Below, one piece after another: positions 59,579 to 64,000 of a DNA stretch of 64,000 nucleotides. The number at the start of each line of letters is the position of its first letter. Position 1 is the stretch's first letter. Below the pieces are notes generated by a model that was not told where the DNA came from, made no database searches, and worked only from the letters and a program-made list of their open reading frames with translations. The position numbers and the translations under genes are program-made. Source of the DNA: an uncultured Chloroflexia bacterium (GTDB lineage Bacteria; Chloroflexota; Limnocylindria; Limnocylindrales; CSP1-4); assembly GCA_963813335.1 (NCBI GenBank), contig CAWEYL010000004.1, positions 32,001 through 96,000 on the forward strand. Reading direction: 5' to 3'.

Positions 59579-60427
59579 TCACATCCCGGCCCTGGTGTGC
59601 CGGCCCGCGAGGAGCCCGCTTCGCGGCGAAAGCACCAGCGCGATCGCGAAGGCGATCGTCTCGGCCAGGACGATCGCGGCCCCTGAGGCGACGCTCAGGT
59701 AGAAGCTCGCGTACAGCCCGAGCACGGCTGAGACGACCGCGATCGCGACCGAGACGACGATCAGGCGGTCGAACCGGTCGACGAGGAGCTGGGCGGTGGC
59801 GGCCGGGGTGACCAGCATCGCCACGACGAGGATGATCCCGACCGCCTGGATGCTGACGACGATGGTGACCCCGAGGAGGGCCAGCAACAGGTACTCGAGC
59901 CTCGTCACCGGCAAGCCCGATGCTGCCGCGCCGGCCGGGTCGAAGGTCGCGTACAGGAGCTCCTTGCGCAGCACCAGGACGACCATGAGGACGATCGAGC
60001 CGAGGATCGCGACCTGGGCCAGGTCTGCCGCCGTGATGCTGAGCACGTTGCCCAGCAGGTAGCTGAACAGGTCAGTCACGTAGCCGCGGATGGTGCTGAA
60101 GAGCAGGACGCCCAGCGCGAACATCCCGGCGAACAGCACGCCGACCGCGGTGTCGAAGCGGAGGCTGCCGCGACGTGACACGAACCCGATGGCGAGCGCC
60201 GTGCTGACCGCGGCCACGGCTCCGCCGATGTACAGCGGGATGCCGACGAGGTAGGCGATCACGAGCCCCGGAAAGGCCGCGTGACTGACGGCGTCGCCGA
60301 TGAAGGCCAGGCCCTTCAGGACCACGAACGCGCCCATCACGGCGCAGACGATGCCCACGATGACGGCCGCGACAAGGCCACGCTGCATGAACCCGTAGGC
60401 GAGCGGGTCGAGCAGGAAGCCGGTCAC
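59579..60427 (-). CDS. znuB: Zn/Mn ABC transporter permease
   Basis: FIGDAVSHAAFPG, YLLGNVL, VGIILVVAMLVTPA. Confidence 0.9.
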   Translation of the reverse strand: MTGFLLDPLAYGFMQRGLVAAVIVGIVCAVMGAFVVLKGLAFIGDAVSHAAFPGLVIAYLVGIPLYIGGAVAAVSTALAIGFVSRRGSLRFDTAVGVLFAGMFALGVLLFSTIRGYVTDLFSYLLGNVLSITAADLAQVAILGSIVLMVVLVLRKELLYATFDPAGAAASGLPVTRLEYLLLALLGVTIVVSIQAVGIILVVAMLVTPAATAQLLVDRFDRLIVVSVAIAVVSAVLGLYASFYLSVASGAAIVLAETIAFAIALVLSPRSGLLAGRHTRAGM

Positions 60428-61251
60428 CGAGGATCGTCCTCGTGGTAATGCGGCTCGCGACCGGCGGCCTGGTCGTGGTGGTGGGCATCGTCGAGGACGA
60501 AGGTGCCGCCCGTGAGGTCGGGCAGGACGAGTACGTGGCCGCCATAGGTCTCGGCGAGCAGCCGCTGGTCGAGGACGAGGTCCTTGGCCGGCCCAGCGGC
60601 GACGATGCGCCGATTCACGAGGGCGGCATCCTGGAACCGGTGGGCGGCACCCGCGAGATCGTGCGTGGTGGCGACGACGGTCTTGCCATCTCGCGCCTGG
60701 GCCTCCAGGACGTCCATCAGGTCCTCTTGCGTGGTGGCGTCGACCCCGGTCACGGGCTCGTCGAGAAGGTAGAGGTCCGGCCGTGCGGCAAGGGCCCGAG
60801 CCAGGAAGACGCGCCGGCGCTGGCCACCGGACAGGGCCCCGATCTGGCGTCCCCGATGGTCCGCCATGCCGACCGTCTCGAGCGCCTCGGCGACCGCGGC
60901 CCGGTCCGCCGGCCCCGGACGACGGCCGATGCCGATCGCGGGGTAGCGGCCCATCATCACGACCTCGCCGACCGTCACGGGGAAGGCCCAGTCGACCACC
61001 TCGGCCTGCGGCACGTACGCGACCCGCCGCGCCGCGCTCCCGGGCGGCCCTCCCAGGACGCGCGCCGTCCCGGCGCGGATGGGGAGCAGCCCCGCCAGCA
61101 CCTTCAGGAGTGAGCTCTTGCCTGAGCCGTTCGGCCCGATGATCGCGAGCAGCGACCCGCGCTCGATGGTCAGGTCGACGTCATCGAGCGCGATGTGGTC
61201 GCCATATCCGGCCGTGACGTCATCGAGCTGGACGGCTGGCTCGACGGCTAT
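60424..61251 (-). CDS. znuC: Zn/Mn ABC transporter ATPase (probable ATA start)
   Basis: GPNGSGKS, YVPQ, LSGGQ, LLDEP, TTHDL, His-rich tail; Walker A lies upstream of the first canonical start. Confidence 0.88.
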   Translation of the reverse strand: MAVEPAVQLDDVTAGYGDHIALDDVDLTIERGSLLAIIGPNGSGKSSLLKVLAGLLPIRAGTARVLGGPPGSAARRVAYVPQAEVVDWAFPVTVGEVVMMGRYPAIGIGRRPGPADRAAVAEALETVGMADHRGRQIGALSGGQRRRVFLARALAARPDLYLLDEPVTGVDATTQEDLMDVLEAQARDGKTVVATTHDLAGAAHRFQDAALVNRRIVAAGPAKDLVLDQRLLAETYGGHVLVLPDLTGGTFVLDDAHHHDQAAGREPHYHEDDPR

Positions 61252-62168
61252 CGCAGCGCCTCCGTGATCTTGGCCATGTTCCAGCGCATCAACCCCACAT
61301 ACGTGTCGGCCGGCGCTGGGCCGAGGGCATCGTTATACAGGGTCGTGACGACGTTGGTGATGCCCGCCTCGCTCGCCAGCGTCTGCGCGAGTGCAGGACT
61401 GAACTGCGACTCGCTGAAGACGGCCTTGACGCCCGCCGCCTTGACGGTCTCGACAAGCGCGGCAAGCTCGCCGGCCGACGGCTCCTGGCCCGGGTTCGCG
61501 AGGATGACCCCGACGACCTCGAAACCGAAGTGGCGCGCGAAGTACGGAAAGGCGTCATGGAACGTCACGAGCTCGCGGTTCGCCTCGGGGATCGTGGCGA
61601 CGGCATCGGCCAGCTCCGTGTCGAGGGCGGACAGCGTCGCCGCATACGCGGTGGCGTTGGCCTGGTAGGCCGCCGCGCCGGCCGGGTCGATCTCGCTGAG
61701 CTTCGCCACGATGGCCGGCAGGTAGTGGTCGCGGACCAGGGTGGGATCGAGCCAGAAATGGGGGTTGTCCTCTCCGTCGACCACGATCGTCGGGATGCCC
61801 TGGCCAAGGACGAGCTGCGGCGTCTGGCCACCGCTGCTCGAACCGATGAGCTTGTCGAGGAAGTCGTCCAGCCCCACGCCGTTCGAGACGACCAGGTCGG
61901 CGCCGTCGAGCAGCCTGGCATCGTCGGGCTTGGGCTCATAGTCCTCGGGCCCGACCCCGGGCGGGATGATCGAGGCGACCGATGCGCGACCACCCGTGAC
62001 GTTGGCCACGATGTCCTCGAAGACCGTCGTCGTGGTGACGACCTTGAGCGCCGCCGAGGCGGACGGACTCACGGCACTCGTCGTGCACCCGACGGCCGAC
62101 AGGCCGGTCAGGAGCAGGACCGCGGTCAGTGTGAGACCCAGTCTCATGCGAGGTCGGGCGGATGCCAT
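61248..62168 (-). CDS. znuA: Zn/Mn ABC transporter substrate-binding lipoprotein
   Basis: AVGC lipobox, NPHFWLDP, VTFHDAFPYF, FSE, LYND. Confidence 0.9.
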   Translation of the reverse strand: MASARPRMRLGLTLTAVLLLTGLSAVGCTTSAVSPSASAALKVVTTTTVFEDIVANVTGGRASVASIIPPGVGPEDYEPKPDDARLLDGADLVVSNGVGLDDFLDKLIGSSSGGQTPQLVLGQGIPTIVVDGEDNPHFWLDPTLVRDHYLPAIVAKLSEIDPAGAAAYQANATAYAATLSALDTELADAVATIPEANRELVTFHDAFPYFARHFGFEVVGVILANPGQEPSAGELAALVETVKAAGVKAVFSESQFSPALAQTLASEAGITNVVTTLYNDALGPAPADTYVGLMRWNMAKITEALR

Positions 62169-62194
62169 GATCGTTCCTCCAGGCCGAGGGTGGG

Positions 62195-62647
62195 TCAGGC
62201 GGTCGCGCTCGTCGGACCGGGCTGCGCGGCAAGACATGCCGGGCAGAGGCCGAAGAGCTCGAGGCGGTGGTCGTCGATGCGGTAGCCGGAGCGGCGGGCG
62301 ATGTCCCGGACGACGGACCGCAGCCCGCGGTCGTCGATCTCCGCGGCACGTCCGCACCGAGAGCACACCACGTGATGGTGGTGGGCTGGCCGACAGGCGA
62401 CGAACGCGTGCTCACCCGACAGGAGGTCGAGCCGCTCGATCACGCCCAGCTCGGTGAGCGCGTCGAGGGTTCGAAAGACGGTCGCGCGCCCGACGCGGAG
62501 GCGTCGGCGGCGGCTCTCGGCCAGGAGGTCGTGGGCGGTGAATGATCCCTCGTGCTCGGCGATCAGCTCGGCGAGCGTGCGGCGCGGTGCGGTCAGGCGA
62601 TAGCCCGCGCGGTCGAGAGCGGTGACGATCGGGTCGAGGGTCTCCAT
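62195..62647 (-). CDS. Fur-family regulator (Zur-like)
   Basis: GRATVFRTL, HHHHVVCSRC, FGLCPAC; heads the metal ABC operon. Confidence 0.9.
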   Translation of the reverse strand: METLDPIVTALDRAGYRLTAPRRTLAELIAEHEGSFTAHDLLAESRRRRLRVGRATVFRTLDALTELGVIERLDLLSGEHAFVACRPAHHHHVVCSRCGRAAEIDDRGLRSVVRDIARRSGYRIDDHRLELFGLCPACLAAQPGPTSATA

Positions 62648-62655
62648 GTAGCGAA

Positions 62656-62695
62656 CAATACTCGGTTTCGCCCGACCTGTCGATACTCAGTCTCA
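62656..62695 (-). promoter_or_regulatory. two Fur/Zur-type 7-1-7 boxes over a leaderless promoter
   Basis: TGAGACTGAGTATCG and CGAAACCGAGTATTG overlapping TCGACA-N17-TATTGT, 7 nt before ATG. Confidence 0.55.
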
Positions 62696-62910
62696 GCAAC
62701 GACGCGAGGACGGACCTCGGCGAGGCCCGACCACGGCCAGGCAGGCTCATCCTGGCGACACACGGCCGAAGCTTGACGCGTCACCAGAACGAGCCCGGCG
62801 CGGAGCGCGCCCTCGTCGTCATCCCTCTCCGCTGACGTCGTGAAACGGGCACTTGCGGCATCCTTAGGCCGCCCACCCACCGTCCGAGACCCTTCCGGAG
62901 TCCGCCCGCC

Positions 62911-64000
62911 GTGCAGTCCGCCGCCGACCGCGAGAGCCCGCGCCGCACCAGCCCGTCCACCATGGGCTGGCTGGCGATCATCGTCATGGCGTTCATGGCG
63001 GGCGTCGGCATCATCGGCGCGCTGGCGTCCGTCGGCATCTTCCAGTCGCTGCTCCGCGACCTGAAGGACCCGCACGAGCTCACCTCGTACGTCCTGCCCG
63101 AGGAATCGGTCATCTACGACCGGACCGGCAAGATCGAGCTGGCCCGCTTCGGCGATTCGAAGCGCGATGTGGTCACCTACGACCAGATCCCGCCGGTCCT
63201 GCTCGATGCGACCACCGCGGTCGAGGACAAGACGTTCTGGGAGAACGCCGGCTTCGATCCGGTGGCGATCATCTCCGCCACCCTCGATTCGCTGCGCGGC
63301 AACAGCCGCGGCGCCTCGACCATCACCCAGCAGCTCGTCCGCGCGCGGCTGCTCGACGACAAGCTGGTCCAGGACCCCAGCCGGACCGCCGAGCGCAAGC
63401 TCAAGGAGATCATCCAGTCGATCCGCCTGACCGAGGCGTTCCCCGGGGTGACCGGCAAGCAGCAGATCATCACCGCCTACCTCAACCAGAACTACTACGG
63501 CAACCAGGCCTACGGCGTTGCCGCCGCGGCCCAGGAGTACTTCGGGGTCTCGCTCGACAAGCTGACGCCGGCGCAGGCGGCGATCATCGCCGGACTCCCG
63601 AAGTCGCCGTCGAACTACGACCTCGTGCGCAACGCCATCGAGCAGTGCACGACCGTGGTGGCCGCGGACGAGACGTGCCCCAAGTCGACGCTCGTGGTCC
63701 CCGACGACACGACCATCGTCCAGCGCCGGAACGACATCCTCGACCTGCTCGCCGAGGGCGACCGCACCCCGATGTCGGGCGACGCCTACAGCGCCGCCGA
63801 TTTCGAGGCCGCCAAGCACGACGTCGTCACCCTGGCCAGCCAGGCGACCCCGCGCTGGATCGCCCCGCACTTCGTGTGGGCGGTCCGCGACGAGCTGACC
63901 GCCAAGCTGTGCGGCCCCGACGCGGAGACCTGCCCCGCGCTCGAGCAGGGCGGCCTGCGCGTCACGACGACCCTCGACGTCCCGATGCAGCGGATCGCCG
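62911..64000 (+). CDS. class A penicillin-binding protein (transglycosylase), truncated by window end
   Basis: TM anchor, AVEDKTFW, RGASTITQQL, RKLKE, YLNQNYYG, AGLPKSP. Confidence 0.92.
   Translation, partial: MQSAADRESPRRTSPSTMGWLAIIVMAFMAGVGIIGALASVGIFQSLLRDLKDPHELTSYVLPEESVIYDRTGKIELARFGDSKRDVVTYDQIPPVLLDATTAVEDKTFWENAGFDPVAIISATLDSLRGNSRGASTITQQLVRARLLDDKLVQDPSRTAERKLKEIIQSIRLTEAFPGVTGKQQIITAYLNQNYYGNQAYGVAAAAQEYFGVSLDKLTPAQAAIIAGLPKSPSNYDLVRNAIEQCTTVVAADETCPKSTLVVPDDTTIVQRRNDILDLLAEGDRTPMSGDAYSAADFEAAKHDVVTLASQATPRWIAPHFVWAVRDELTAKLCGPDAETCPALEQGGLRVTTTLDVPMQRIA

Overview
High-GC bacterial chromosomal window. Many genes are leaderless (TANNNT 6-7 nt before the start codon) and the gene style resembles Actinomycetota or Chloroflexota; taxonomy is inferred only. 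(1) 1-20.7 kb is a DevS/DevR (DosR)-type hypoxia island: USPs, CBS-BON, PFOR plus a DHODH-like gene, flavodoxin, phosphoketolase-acetate kinase, CoA transferase, hemerythrin and a DsrE-TusA-DsrE-TusA-SQR sulfur operon, with paired DosR-like boxes at most promoters. (2) 20.9-39.6 kb holds transport, metal and peptidase genes, including a CopA fused to a C-terminal cupredoxin behind a CsoR-like operator, and ends in msrA. (3) 39.5-41.7 kb is the most unusual feature: three diverged copies of the last ~75-100 bp of msrA, each followed by a different single cargo gene, with no integrase in the window. (4) 41.7-51.5 kb is a mosaic of small accessory genes, gene remnants and a ~150-nt structured RNA candidate resembling Flavo-1/CyVA-1. 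(5) 51.5-64 kb has sugar-acid and galactose catabolism with kynU, YibE/F, a zur-znuACB-like operon whose ATPase appears to start at ATA, and a truncated PBP1A. No rRNA, tRNA, CRISPR array, transposase or integrase was recognised.
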